DNA of 64,000 bases from Minisyncoccota bacterium (GTDB lineage: Bacteria > Patescibacteriota > Minisyncoccia > Phycocordibacterales > GWA1-40-21). The position numbers were made by a program, and so were the translations under genes. Numbering within the stretch: the stretch's first letter is position 1; each line of letters begins with the position of its first letter. This document shows positions 1 to 8,983 of the stretch, piece by piece. The DNA is taken from assembly GCA_041664585.1 (NCBI GenBank), contig JBAYKL010000002.1:13494-77493 (forward strand). The letters are read 5' to 3'. The notes beneath the pieces are model-generated. The model was given only the letters and a program-made list of their open reading frames with translations. It did no database searches and was not told the origin of the DNA.

Positions 1-68
1 AATGCTTTCTCCTTCTTTTTTTAAGAGATGAATGTATATTTGTTTTTGCGTGCATTTATTTAGTGAGT

Positions 69-1346
69 CTACTTAGCCTTTATAAACTCCTTACCTCCCA
101 TATATTTTCTAAGAGCTTCAGGAACTTTCACAGAACCATCTGCCTGTTGATTGTTTTCAACTATTTGAATTAGAATTCTTGGAGTAGCTACTGCAGTATT
201 ATTTAATGAGTGAGCAAACTTAAGTTTACCGTCTTCATCTCTGTATCTTATATTTAATCTTCTACATTGAAAATCATGGAAATATGAACAAGAATGTGTT
301 TCGCCATATTTATTCTTTGAAGGCATCCATGTTTCGATATCATATTTCTTTACTTGCCCCATACCCAAATCTCCACCACAATTTACAACAACATGATATG
401 GCAAACCAAGTGTTTGCAAAAGATCTTCAGAGTTTGCAAGAAGCTCTTCGTGATTCTTTACGCTTTCTTCATGTGAAGCTTCACAAAGTATTACCTGTTC
501 AAATTTCATAAATTCATGAACTCTGTAAAGTCCTTTTGTATCTTTACTATAGTTCCCTGCCTCTCTTCTAAACGCAGGAGAAAAAGCTAAAACTTTTTTA
601 GGTAATTCTTTTTTATCTATTGTCTTATCTGCAAAATATCCCATAGTCGCAACTTCTGCAGTACCAGCGAGATAGTCGGCATCTTGTGTTTTATATAAAT
701 CATCTTCACCTTGTGGCAAGAATCCTGTGCCCATAAGAGCTTCTCTTCTTACGAGTGAAGGAACAAGCATCATAGAATATTCTGGATGTTTTGATCTAAA
801 CAAATCTACAGCAAGTTGCCATACGGCAAATTCAAGTTCAGCTCCTTCATTTTTCAAATAGTATCCTCTAAATCCTGCAACCTTCGCACCAGTTTCAAAA
901 TCAGCCAAATCCAATCTCTCCATAATCTCAATATGATCTTTTGGCACAAAATCAAATTTTGGAATTTCTCCCCAAACTTTTACTTCTTTATTATCAGCAT
1001 CGGTATCTCCTTCCGGAACAGAAATATCTGGAACGTTTGGAACAGAGAGCATAAGAGCTTGCCATTCTTTCATGACTTCTTTTAGTTTCTCTTCTTCTTT
1101 CTGCATTTCTTCTTTCAAAACTTTCATCTGAGAAAGAAGCTCAGCCTTTGCACCAGCATCTGTAAGTTGTGGTAATCTTTTTGAGACATCATTCTGTTCA
1201 GATCTCATTTTCTCTGTGGAAGCAAGAAGCTCTTTTCTTTTGTCGTCTGCTTTTATCAAAAGCTCAACGTCAAACTTAACGTGTTTCTTTCTTGATGCCT
1301 CTGCTATAAGGTCTTTATTCTCTCTGATGAATTTTATGTCTAACAT
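69..1346 (-). CDS. serS: Serine--tRNA ligase
   Basis: N-terminal MLDIKFIREN coiled arm, class II motifs FRREAG, GLYRVHEF, HSLNNTAVATPR. Confidence 0.97.
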   Translation of the reverse strand: MLDIKFIRENKDLIAEASRKKHVKFDVELLIKADDKRKELLASTEKMRSEQNDVSKRLPQLTDAGAKAELLSQMKVLKEEMQKEEEKLKEVMKEWQALMLSVPNVPDISVPEGDTDADNKEVKVWGEIPKFDFVPKDHIEIMERLDLADFETGAKVAGFRGYYLKNEGAELEFAVWQLAVDLFRSKHPEYSMMLVPSLVRREALMGTGFLPQGEDDLYKTQDADYLAGTAEVATMGYFADKTIDKKELPKKVLAFSPAFRREAGNYSKDTKGLYRVHEFMKFEQVILCEASHEESVKNHEELLANSEDLLQTLGLPYHVVVNCGGDLGMGQVKKYDIETWMPSKNKYGETHSCSYFHDFQCRRLNIRYRDEDGKLKFAHSLNNTAVATPRILIQIVENNQQADGSVKVPEALRKYMGGKEFIKAK

Positions 1347-1412
1347 GATTATTTTTTAATATTGATAAATACGAATAATTAACATATTTCGTATTTATTA
1401 TAGTATCAATAA

Positions 1413-2303
1413 ATGATAAAATCAGCAACGATGTTAAAAAACTTTGAAATGCAAATATTAAAGGGTGAAGAAATACCAGAAATGCTTCGGGAAATTTCTG
1501 ATCCACCACATCAAGTATATCTTCAGGGCAAATTACCAAACAAAGAAAGCAAATTGCTTTGTATTGTTGGCTCTCGTAAACATACTGAGTATGGAAAAGA
1601 AGTTTGCGAGAAATTAATAGCGGGACTCAAAGGATATAATATTACAATTGTATCTGGCCTTGCTCTTGGTATAGATGGTATTGCTCACAGAGCTGCTATA
1701 GAAGCTGGGCTCAAGACAATAGCTGTGCCTGGCTCTGGACTAGATGAATCTGTCCTATACCCAAGCTCTCATAAAGAATTAGCAAAAAAGATTTTAAAAA
1801 ATGGCGGAGCATTACTTTCAGAATTTGAACCAAAATTCAGAGCGACCGCGTATAGCTTCCCGCAGAGAAATAGAATTATGGCTGGACTCTCCCATGCAAC
1901 ACTTGTAATAGAAGCAGAAATAAAATCTGGAACACTAATAACTTCAAAATATGCAACTGAATACAATAGAGATGTGTTTACTGTTCCCGGCTCAATATTT
2001 TCCAAAAATTCTGATGGGCCAAATATGCTAATAAGGCTCGGTGCTACACCCATCCGCTCAAGTGAAGACATTCTTGAAGCCTTAGGATTTAAAATAGATG
2101 AAACTCCACAAAATCTAGAGCTCAAATATTCCAATTGTTCAGATGGAGAATTGCTTGTAATTAAAATCTTAAATGAACCCCTACCTAAAGACGAATTGAT
2201 TCGTGCGCTCAAAATGCCAATATCTCAAGTGAATACAATTATTTCAATAATGGAGATTAAAGGACTTATAGAGGAAAGTTTGGGGGAAATAAGATTGACT
2301 TAA
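1413..2303 (+). CDS. dprA: DNA-processing protein DprA
   Basis: IVGSR, VSGLALGIDGIAH, FPQRNRIMAGLS, EAEIKSGTLIT motifs; upstream of topA as is typical; start may be 1449. Confidence 0.95.
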   Translation: MIKSATMLKNFEMQILKGEEIPEMLREISDPPHQVYLQGKLPNKESKLLCIVGSRKHTEYGKEVCEKLIAGLKGYNITIVSGLALGIDGIAHRAAIEAGLKTIAVPGSGLDESVLYPSSHKELAKKILKNGGALLSEFEPKFRATAYSFPQRNRIMAGLSHATLVIEAEIKSGTLITSKYATEYNRDVFTVPGSIFSKNSDGPNMLIRLGATPIRSSEDILEALGFKIDETPQNLELKYSNCSDGELLVIKILNEPLPKDELIRALKMPISQVNTIISIMEIKGLIEESLGEIRLT

Positions 2304-2322
2304 ATCTCAATTACTATAAAAT
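2295..2322 (+). promoter_or_regulatory. Sigma70-type promoter for the intergenic RNA
   Basis: TTGACT (2295-2300), 16 nt, TAAAAT (2317-2322), 6 nt upstream of the RNA closing stem. Confidence 0.6.
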
Positions 2323-2328
2323 TCTTTC

Positions 2329-2640
2329 GGGCAGGAAACATTTGGTTTGGTTTTGTTAGGATAGTTGGAGTAAAAGCGTCCTTACAGTTTCAAGTTCGTG
2401 GATTCCAAGGTTCTTTCTGATATGCGTAGAATAGGTGGTAGACAATGTTTTCTGATTCCGGTCAGAAAGATGTTAAGTCGAAAATTACTGAAAAAGGGTT
2501 ACGGCTGTAAGTCTCGATACTCTCCAGAGTCGAGAAAAGGAAGGTTCGTTTTAACCCGAATTAAGTAGCTACTGGTCTTAGGACTTCAGTAAGCGTGAAA
2601 TACCACTCATTATCAAATAAACTCAGGAATCAACCTGCTC
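2329..2640 (+). ncRNA. Unannotated structured RNA containing a 23S rRNA L1-stalk (H76/H77)-like double T-loop module
   Basis: Closing stem GGGCAGG/CCTGCTC; GTAGAATAGGTGG (2426-2438) and GTGAAATACCAC (2595-2606); nested helices GATTCC/GGAATC, TGATA/TATCA, TTACTGAA/TTCAGTAA, GGGTTA/TAACCC, TCTCGA/TCGAGA, TTTCTGA/TCAGAAA; no ORF; flanked by promoter and terminator. Confidence 0.7.
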
Positions 2641-2642
2641 AG

Positions 2643-2669
2643 GCTGACACAATCGTGTCAGCTTTTTTT
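2643..2669 (+). terminator. Intrinsic terminator
   Basis: GCTGACAC-aatc-GTGTCAGC followed by T7. Confidence 0.85.
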
Positions 2670-2715
2670 ATTTAAAATTTGCTAAAAACTGAAATATGGT
2701 ATATTAGTATCAAAT

Positions 2716-4875
2716 ATGAAGTTATTAATTGTAGAGTCTCCGTCCAAAGCGAAGACCATAGAAAAATATTTGGAAGGATCATACACAGTGCGTGCGAGCA
2801 TTGGGCATATTCGTGATTTACCAAAAAGCAATAAAAAGGCTATTGATATAGAAGGTGGCTTTATTCCCCATTATGAAATAAGCCCAGGAAAAGAAAAAGT
2901 TGTTGCTGAATTAAAATCTCTTTCAAACAAAGCAGAAGAAGTATTACTCGCAACTGACCCTGACCGAGAAGGAGAAGCTATTGCTTGGCACATCAAAGAA
3001 GCTATTGGTCTCAAAAATCCAAAGAGAGTTTGTTTCTATGAAATTACGAAAGATGCTATTAAAGAAGCAATTCAAAATCCTCGTGATATAGATGAGAACT
3101 TGAGAAAAGCTCAGGAAGCAAGAAGAGTACTAGATAGACTTGTAGGATATGATCTCTCTGGCCTTATTTGGAAAAAAGTAAGATACGGACTTTCTGCTGG
3201 ACGTGTACAATCCCCTGCTCTCAGAATTATAATGGAAAGGGAAAGAGAAATCCGTGCATTCAACCCTGAACAATTCTGGGTTATTGAAGCTGATACAGAA
3301 ACAAAAGAAAGAACAAAAATAACTTTTGGATGTGACAAAGAACCTAGAGATATAAAAGAAGTAGAAAAAATTCTTGATACTGCAAAGAAAGAACCTTGGT
3401 CTGTAAAAAGTGTTACAGAAACAGAAGCCAAGAGATCACCAAAAGCTCCATTTACAACTTCTACTCTTCAACAAACAGCAAGCACTCGCTTAGGATACGC
3501 TCCATCAAAAACAATGATGGTTGCTCAAAGATTATATGAAGCTGGTCTCATTACATACATGAGAACAGACAGCACCAACTTGAGCGTAACTGCACTTGAT
3601 CAAATTGGTAATTTGGTAAATAAAAAATATGGTGCTGACTATGCAAAAAGAAATGTATATGTAACAAAAAGCAAAAATGCTCAAGAAGCTCACGAAGCTA
3701 TTCGCCCTACAGATGTAAACAAAGAAATGGCTGGTGCAAATGATGAACAAGCACATCTATATCGTTTGATATGGCAAAGAACTGTTGCATCTCAAATGAC
3801 AGATGCAAAAATTCTCAGAACAAAAATCACTGCGATAGTAAATAACGAAATTCCAACTTTCTCTATAAACGGCTCAAGAATGCTTTTTGATGGTTGGCTC
3901 AAGGCTGATCCAGATGCTCGTGGTGAAGATGTTGAACTTCCAAAAGTAAAAGAAGGTGATGCTTTAAATCTACAAGACATCAGAAGCCAAGAGAAATTTA
4001 CAGAACCACCAGGAAGATATACTGAAGCTGGGCTTATAAAAGAACTTGAAAAAAGAGGTATTGGTAGACCTTCTACATATGCTTCTATTATGAAAACCAT
4101 AGAAACAAGAGGTTATGTTGAAAAACAAAACAAAACTCTCTTCCCTACTGACACAGGAGAAGTGGTCAGTGATTTCTTGGAAAATAATTTCGCAGAATAT
4201 ATAAGTGATACATTTACAGCTGACATGGAAGACAAGCTCGATGATATTTCAAATGGGAAAAGAGAATATGAAAAAACTTTGAAAGATTTCTATGGACCTT
4301 TTCTTAAAGATGTAAAAGCAAAAGACAAAATAGAAAAGATTACAAATCTTGGGGAAGCAGATCCAAAACATATTTGTCCAAAATGCGGCGGACCAATGGT
4401 TATAAAACTTTCTAAAACTGGTAAATTCCTAAGTTGTAAAAACTTCCCTGACTGTGTAGGTGCAAGAAAAATAACAGGAGAAGAGCTTGAGGGACCAAAA
4501 GAGACTGGGGAAATTTGTCCTGAATGTGGTGTGGGTAAGCTTGTAGAAAGAGATGGAAGATTTGGAAGATTCATCGCTTGTGCAAATTATCCAAAATGTA
4601 AATATATTAAAAAAGGAGAAGGAGCTCCACAAAATACAACCGGAGTAAAATGTCCTGTATGTAAAACTGGTGAAATGTCTGAACGTAGAGGAAGATTTGG
4701 AGTGTTCTACAGCTGTACCAACTATCCAAAATGTAAGAATGCAATAAAAGCAAAACCAACAGGTAACCTCTGTCCTACTTGTGGAGCCTTAATGATGGAA
4801 GGCACCAAAACTATCCCTGAAAGATGTTCTGATAAAACTTGTCCTAATCATAGACCAGATAAATTAAATAAATAA
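2716..4875 (+). CDS. topA: DNA topoisomerase I with C-terminal zinc ribbons
   Basis: LIVESPSKAKTI, ATDPDREGEAIAWH, SAGRVQS, ITYMRTDS; repeated CPxC ribbons. Confidence 0.97.
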   Translation: MKLLIVESPSKAKTIEKYLEGSYTVRASIGHIRDLPKSNKKAIDIEGGFIPHYEISPGKEKVVAELKSLSNKAEEVLLATDPDREGEAIAWHIKEAIGLKNPKRVCFYEITKDAIKEAIQNPRDIDENLRKAQEARRVLDRLVGYDLSGLIWKKVRYGLSAGRVQSPALRIIMEREREIRAFNPEQFWVIEADTETKERTKITFGCDKEPRDIKEVEKILDTAKKEPWSVKSVTETEAKRSPKAPFTTSTLQQTASTRLGYAPSKTMMVAQRLYEAGLITYMRTDSTNLSVTALDQIGNLVNKKYGADYAKRNVYVTKSKNAQEAHEAIRPTDVNKEMAGANDEQAHLYRLIWQRTVASQMTDAKILRTKITAIVNNEIPTFSINGSRMLFDGWLKADPDARGEDVELPKVKEGDALNLQDIRSQEKFTEPPGRYTEAGLIKELEKRGIGRPSTYASIMKTIETRGYVEKQNKTLFPTDTGEVVSDFLENNFAEYISDTFTADMEDKLDDISNGKREYEKTLKDFYGPFLKDVKAKDKIEKITNLGEADPKHICPKCGGPMVIKLSKTGKFLSCKNFPDCVGARKITGEELEGPKETGEICPECGVGKLVERDGRFGRFIACANYPKCKYIKKGEGAPQNTTGVKCPVCKTGEMSERRGRFGVFYSCTNYPKCKNAIKAKPTGNLCPTCGALMMEGTKTIPERCSDKTCPNHRPDKLNK

Positions 4876-4878
4876 TTT

Positions 4879-5409
4879 ATGTCAAACAAAACCTTCGTCG
4901 GTATTTTAATAATGACAAAAGTAAAACTTTCAAAAGATTCTCCAGAAGAATTAGTTGCTCTATTACAAAGAAGAGGAAAAATAAATGACGAGGGACCCGA
5001 GTATTTTAACTTACAATCATATTCAGGGCTCTGTGAAATAACTTCATACGGGAAAGCAGATCTAAATGAAGATTCAGAAGCCGCGCTAATGAGAGAAACA
5101 ACAGAAGAGCTTGGAGAAAAAGTATCTGAGATGATTTTACAATATGGAAAGAAACAATTGATTGATGAAGTAAATGAAAAAGGAGAAAGATATTACATCT
5201 TCACTTCCCTATTACCAAAAGAAGTTTTGAAAGAAATTCAATTAGATATTTCTACTGGTGGAATTGAAATTGTCAGAAAATCTGATTTAGAAAATATGGA
5301 AAGTCATTATTTTAGTAAAGAAAAAATTACGATTAAAGATCTAGACAATATTACTCTCTGGGAACTCCCAGTATCTGTTCTACAAAAAGCATTTGAAATA
5401 TTTTCATAA
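4879..5409 (+). CDS. NUDIX-like hydrolase
   Basis: Degenerate Nudix box GKADLNEDSEAALMRETTEELG. Confidence 0.65.
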   Translation: MSNKTFVGILIMTKVKLSKDSPEELVALLQRRGKINDEGPEYFNLQSYSGLCEITSYGKADLNEDSEAALMRETTEELGEKVSEMILQYGKKQLIDEVNEKGERYYIFTSLLPKEVLKEIQLDISTGGIEIVRKSDLENMESHYFSKEKITIKDLDNITLWELPVSVLQKAFEIFS

Positions 5410-5428
5410 AGTGTATACTATTTAATAT

Positions 5429-6943
5429 ATGCCTTATGAAGATATAGTCTCATTCATGGATTCCCCTTCAAAAGAAGATATCGCGCTTGTAAAAAAGGCG
5501 TGTCTTTTTGCTGAAGAAGTACATAAAGATGTAAAAAGGAAGTCCGGAGAGCCTTATTTTAACCACGTATTTGAGACTGCTAAAACACTAGCTCAACTCA
5601 AAATGGGAGCGGTTACTATATCTGCTGGACTACTTCACGACTCTATAGAAGACGGTGTGGCTACAGAAGAATGCATAAGAAAAGAATTCGGCGAAGAAAT
5701 TCTTTTCTTAGTAAATGGAGTTACTAAACTTGGTAAAGTAAAATATCGTGGAGCGGAAAGGCATATCGAAAGTTTGAGAAAATTCATGGTGGCTATGGCA
5801 CAAGATATTCGTGTCCTTATTATTCGTCTTGCCGACAGACTACACAACATGAAGACTCTTCAATACGTTCGTCCAGACAAACAAAAAAGAATCGCTATGG
5901 AAACTCTTGAAATATATGCTCCACTTGCATACAGACTTTCTATAAGAAAACTCTCCCGTGAACTTGAAGACCTTTCATTCAAATATGTTGACCCAAAAGA
6001 ATATGAAGAAACAATTAAACTTTTAAAACAAAAAAAGGAAGAGACTCTTCCTAGACTAGAAAAGTTTATCAAATCTGTAAAAAAGGCCTTAGCAAAAGAG
6101 GGTCTTACAAATATAGCTACAGACTACAGACAAAAAGGCATATATAGTTTACATAAAAAATTAGATTCTAAAGATAACGACATAGAAAAAATATATGATA
6201 TCTTGGCTCTTAGAGTTATGGTAGATGACGTAGCAGAATGTTATAAAGTCCTTGGTATAATCCATGGTGAATGGAGACCCCTACCTGGAAGAATAAAAGA
6301 CTACATAGCCTTTCCTAAACCAAATGGATATAAAAGCCTTCATACAACAATATTCACTGGTGACGGCTCTATTGTAGAGGTCCAGATCAGGACAAAAGAG
6401 ATGCACTTAAGTGCTGAGTATGGTATCGCCTCTCACATTTCATATAAAGAAAATGGTAATAAAAATATAAAAGACAATTCTGATATAAATTGGTTCAGAC
6501 AATTCCTACCAAAAACTATTAACTTTGCAAAAGAAAACGTAAACAAAAAAGAAGTGCCACTTTGGATTAACGAAATTGTAGATTCACAAGAGAAAATAAA
6601 AACAGACAATGAAAAAGAAGGTTTTATGGACGACCTTAAATCTGATTTTTTCAATCAAAGAATTTTCATTTTCACACCAAAGGGAGAAGTTGTAGATTTA
6701 CCAGCTGGGTCTACAACCTTAGACTTCGCTTTCGCTATACACTCTGACATCGGAATACACACCAATAGCGCAAAAGTAAACGGAAAAATGTCCGCCCTTA
6801 AAACAGAACTCAAAAATGGTGACATTGTAGAAATAGTAACAAAAAAAGATAGCAAGCCCACATCAAAGTGGCTTGAGATGGTAAAGACAAACATGGCCAA
6901 GAGGCATATTAATAATTATTTGGATAAACAAAAGAAAAAATAA
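5429..6943 (+). CDS. RelA/SpoT family (p)ppGpp synthetase/hydrolase (HD-SYNTH-TGS, no ACT domain)
   Basis: RKSGEPY, LLHDSIED, LADRLHNM, DYIAFPKPNGYKSLHT, EVQIRT, TGS IFIFTPKG...DFAFAIHS. Confidence 0.93.
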   Translation: MPYEDIVSFMDSPSKEDIALVKKACLFAEEVHKDVKRKSGEPYFNHVFETAKTLAQLKMGAVTISAGLLHDSIEDGVATEECIRKEFGEEILFLVNGVTKLGKVKYRGAERHIESLRKFMVAMAQDIRVLIIRLADRLHNMKTLQYVRPDKQKRIAMETLEIYAPLAYRLSIRKLSRELEDLSFKYVDPKEYEETIKLLKQKKEETLPRLEKFIKSVKKALAKEGLTNIATDYRQKGIYSLHKKLDSKDNDIEKIYDILALRVMVDDVAECYKVLGIIHGEWRPLPGRIKDYIAFPKPNGYKSLHTTIFTGDGSIVEVQIRTKEMHLSAEYGIASHISYKENGNKNIKDNSDINWFRQFLPKTINFAKENVNKKEVPLWINEIVDSQEKIKTDNEKEGFMDDLKSDFFNQRIFIFTPKGEVVDLPAGSTTLDFAFAIHSDIGIHTNSAKVNGKMSALKTELKNGDIVEIVTKKDSKPTSKWLEMVKTNMAKRHINNYLDKQKKK

Positions 6944-6969
6944 AAAGTGCGTTTAGAAACGCACTTTTT
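6942..6969. terminator. Bidirectional intrinsic terminator
   Basis: AAAAAGTGCGTTT-ag-AAACGCACTTTTT between convergent genes. Confidence 0.8.
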
Positions 6970-6971
6970 AT

Positions 6972-7958
6972 TTATAAACTAAAGTTTTTTACAGAATAAA
7001 GCTCTTCATTTTCTTCGTCAGCCTTTTTCTCTTCCTTACTTCTATCATCCAAAAGCTCGATAGGTTCTTCTGATTTTATTTCTCCGACTTCTGCAATATG
7101 TCTATTTAACATCTCATCTGCTTTCTTCTTTTTTTGTCCTTCCATTAAATCGAGTATCGTACGAAGATCATCATTTGAAAAGAAATCTATTGTAATCTTT
7201 CCACCATTTTGTCCTTTTTCAATATGTACTCTAGTACCAAGAGATTCTGTAAATTTTTCTTCCAGAGAAACTATTTCTGGATCAAAAACATTTTCTTTCT
7301 TTCTAGCTCTTTCTGTAGCGATCTTTCTAGCTACAAGCTCAGCATCACGAACAGTCATCTTCTTATATATGATCTCTTTAAACAAAACCTCTTGTTCGTC
7401 TGGTCTATCTACAAGCATAAGAAGAGGTCTAGTATGTCCCTCGCTTATCTTACCCTCTCTAAGGGCCATAAGTATGTGCTCAGGCAACAAAAGTATACGA
7501 AGACTGTTTGATACGTATTCCCTACTTTTACCCATTTTCTGGGCAATCTGAGTGTGTTTGAGGCCAAACTGGTCTGCAAGCTGTCTAAAAGCCACCGCAC
7601 GGTCTACGGCATTTAAATCCTCTCTTTGTAGGTTCTCAATGATAGCAAGCTCAAGCTTCATCAAATTACTTTCTTCATTTGAACGAATAACGACAGGTAC
7701 TTGAGATACGCCAGCAAGTTTAGATGCACGAAGTCTTCTTTCTCCTGAAATAAGTTCATATTCAACAACAATACCGTCATCTTTTACGATTTCATTTCTT
7801 GTAACTACAAGGGGTTGAAGTACACCGTACTGTTTTATAGATTCCCCAAGGTCTCTAAGTTTGCTTTCATCAAACTCTTTTCTTGGTTGATATGGATTTG
7901 GTTTTATCTTATCTACCTCTACCCAGAATATTGAATCGCTGAAAAATTGTGATGCCAT
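6972..7958 (-). CDS. parB: ParB/Spo0J partition protein
   Basis: PNPYQPRK, GVLQPLVV, ISGERRLRA CTPase motif, ENLQREDL, HTH. Confidence 0.93.
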   Translation of the reverse strand: MASQFFSDSIFWVEVDKIKPNPYQPRKEFDESKLRDLGESIKQYGVLQPLVVTRNEIVKDDGIVVEYELISGERRLRASKLAGVSQVPVVIRSNEESNLMKLELAIIENLQREDLNAVDRAVAFRQLADQFGLKHTQIAQKMGKSREYVSNSLRILLLPEHILMALREGKISEGHTRPLLMLVDRPDEQEVLFKEIIYKKMTVRDAELVARKIATERARKKENVFDPEIVSLEEKFTESLGTRVHIEKGQNGGKITIDFFSNDDLRTILDLMEGQKKKKADEMLNRHIAEVGEIKSEEPIELLDDRSKEEKKADEENEELYSVKNFSL

Positions 7959-8056
7959 TTTGTTAATTAAATTAATTTCTTATTCAGTATTTTAACATGT
8001 AATCCAAACTAACAAAAATTGATTTTTGTTGACAAATTGTGTAGTATTTGACACAT

Positions 8057-8140
8057 GCCGGAGTGGCGGAATGGTAGACGCGCACGACTCAAAATCGTGT
8101 CTCGAAAGGGGTGAGGGTTCGAGTCCCTCCTCCGGCACCA
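8057..8140 (+). tRNA. tRNA-Leu(CAA)
   Basis: Cloverleaf GCCGGAG/CTCCGGC, anticodon loop CT-CAA-AA, long variable arm, GGTTCGAGTCC, encoded CCA. Confidence 0.96.
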
Positions 8141-8145
8141 AAATA

Positions 8146-8180
8146 AAAACACGTAACCCTTTGGTTACGTGTTTCGTTTT
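8146..8180. terminator. Bidirectional terminator
   Basis: AAACACGTAACC-cttt-GGTTACGTGTTT. Confidence 0.75.
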
Positions 8181-8879
8181 TCACCCATGAATCAGGTCTG
8201 CCAATTCACGAACTTTTTGTGGAATAAGATATTCATGATTCCCAAGACTCGATATTCTTTCGCAGATACTTGAGGCAACCAAGAAGATATCCACGTACTC
8301 CAAGAAAGCCGAGACATTATTCGCATCCACTCCACTAGCCAAAGCCAGGGGGTTTTTGTCTCCGAGACATCGTTTAATTGAAATCAGCTTATCAATATCT
8401 GGTGCAGAACCTGTTTTGTTTCCACTTGTTGTTACAACGTCAACGATTTGAACAGCTGCACGACAAGCACTTTCCAGTGCATCACCATCGATGTGTGGAT
8501 TAATGTACTTAAACCCAACACCACCAAAAACTTTTACACTTGAGGGTACTAAAAGTTTTTGATCTGGCATGCCATCAATCCATAATCCATCTAATGCACT
8601 ACACTGGTCTGCCATTTCAACCAGCCTGTCCCATTTTTTTTCATTGGACAAATCGAGAAAGTTAATCCCGATCCAAAAAGTTGGGAAGTGCCTTCTTACA
8701 TGTTCATAGATTTCGTGTAAATCACAGAAATGCATTCCGTGACCGATGAGAAAAACACCGTCTGCGCCATTTTCTTTGGCGATTTCAGTATTTCTCAAAG
8801 CGTGGCCAATACCCTGTTGGGTATTCGGGTCAATACAATGGATAACTGGGAAAAACAATTCCTTTAAACGAGCTATCAT
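8181..8879 (-). CDS. BtpA/SgcQ-like TIM-barrel protein
   Basis: PVIH, ENGADGVFLI, IGINFL, FGGVGFKY, VTTSGNKTG, LASGV motifs. Confidence 0.7.
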   Translation of the reverse strand: MIARLKELFFPVIHCIDPNTQQGIGHALRNTEIAKENGADGVFLIGHGMHFCDLHEIYEHVRRHFPTFWIGINFLDLSNEKKWDRLVEMADQCSALDGLWIDGMPDQKLLVPSSVKVFGGVGFKYINPHIDGDALESACRAAVQIVDVVTTSGNKTGSAPDIDKLISIKRCLGDKNPLALASGVDANNVSAFLEYVDIFLVASSICERISSLGNHEYLIPQKVRELADLIHG

Positions 8880-8983
8880 AACAGATCTCCTTTCGAGGTT
8901 AATCTATACATAAATCTACATACAAAAAAATATAAGTCAACACTACCTTGTTATGACCCCACTTTTATGTAAATATAATCCTG

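Noticed and set aside
2418-2615. 23S rRNA gene or rRNA pseudogene
   Set aside because: Similarity is confined to the two L1-stalk strands; the intervening and flanking sequence is unrelated and forms its own closed structure with promoter and terminator.
2329-2669. T-box or riboswitch controlling topA
   Set aside because: No T-box consensus (AAUUAGGGUGGUACCGCG-like) and no antiterminator overlapping the terminator; topA has its own -10 downstream.
8146-8180. parS site near parB
   Set aside because: The palindrome does not match TGTTTCACGTGAAACA and sits as a terminator between tRNA-Leu and a convergent gene.
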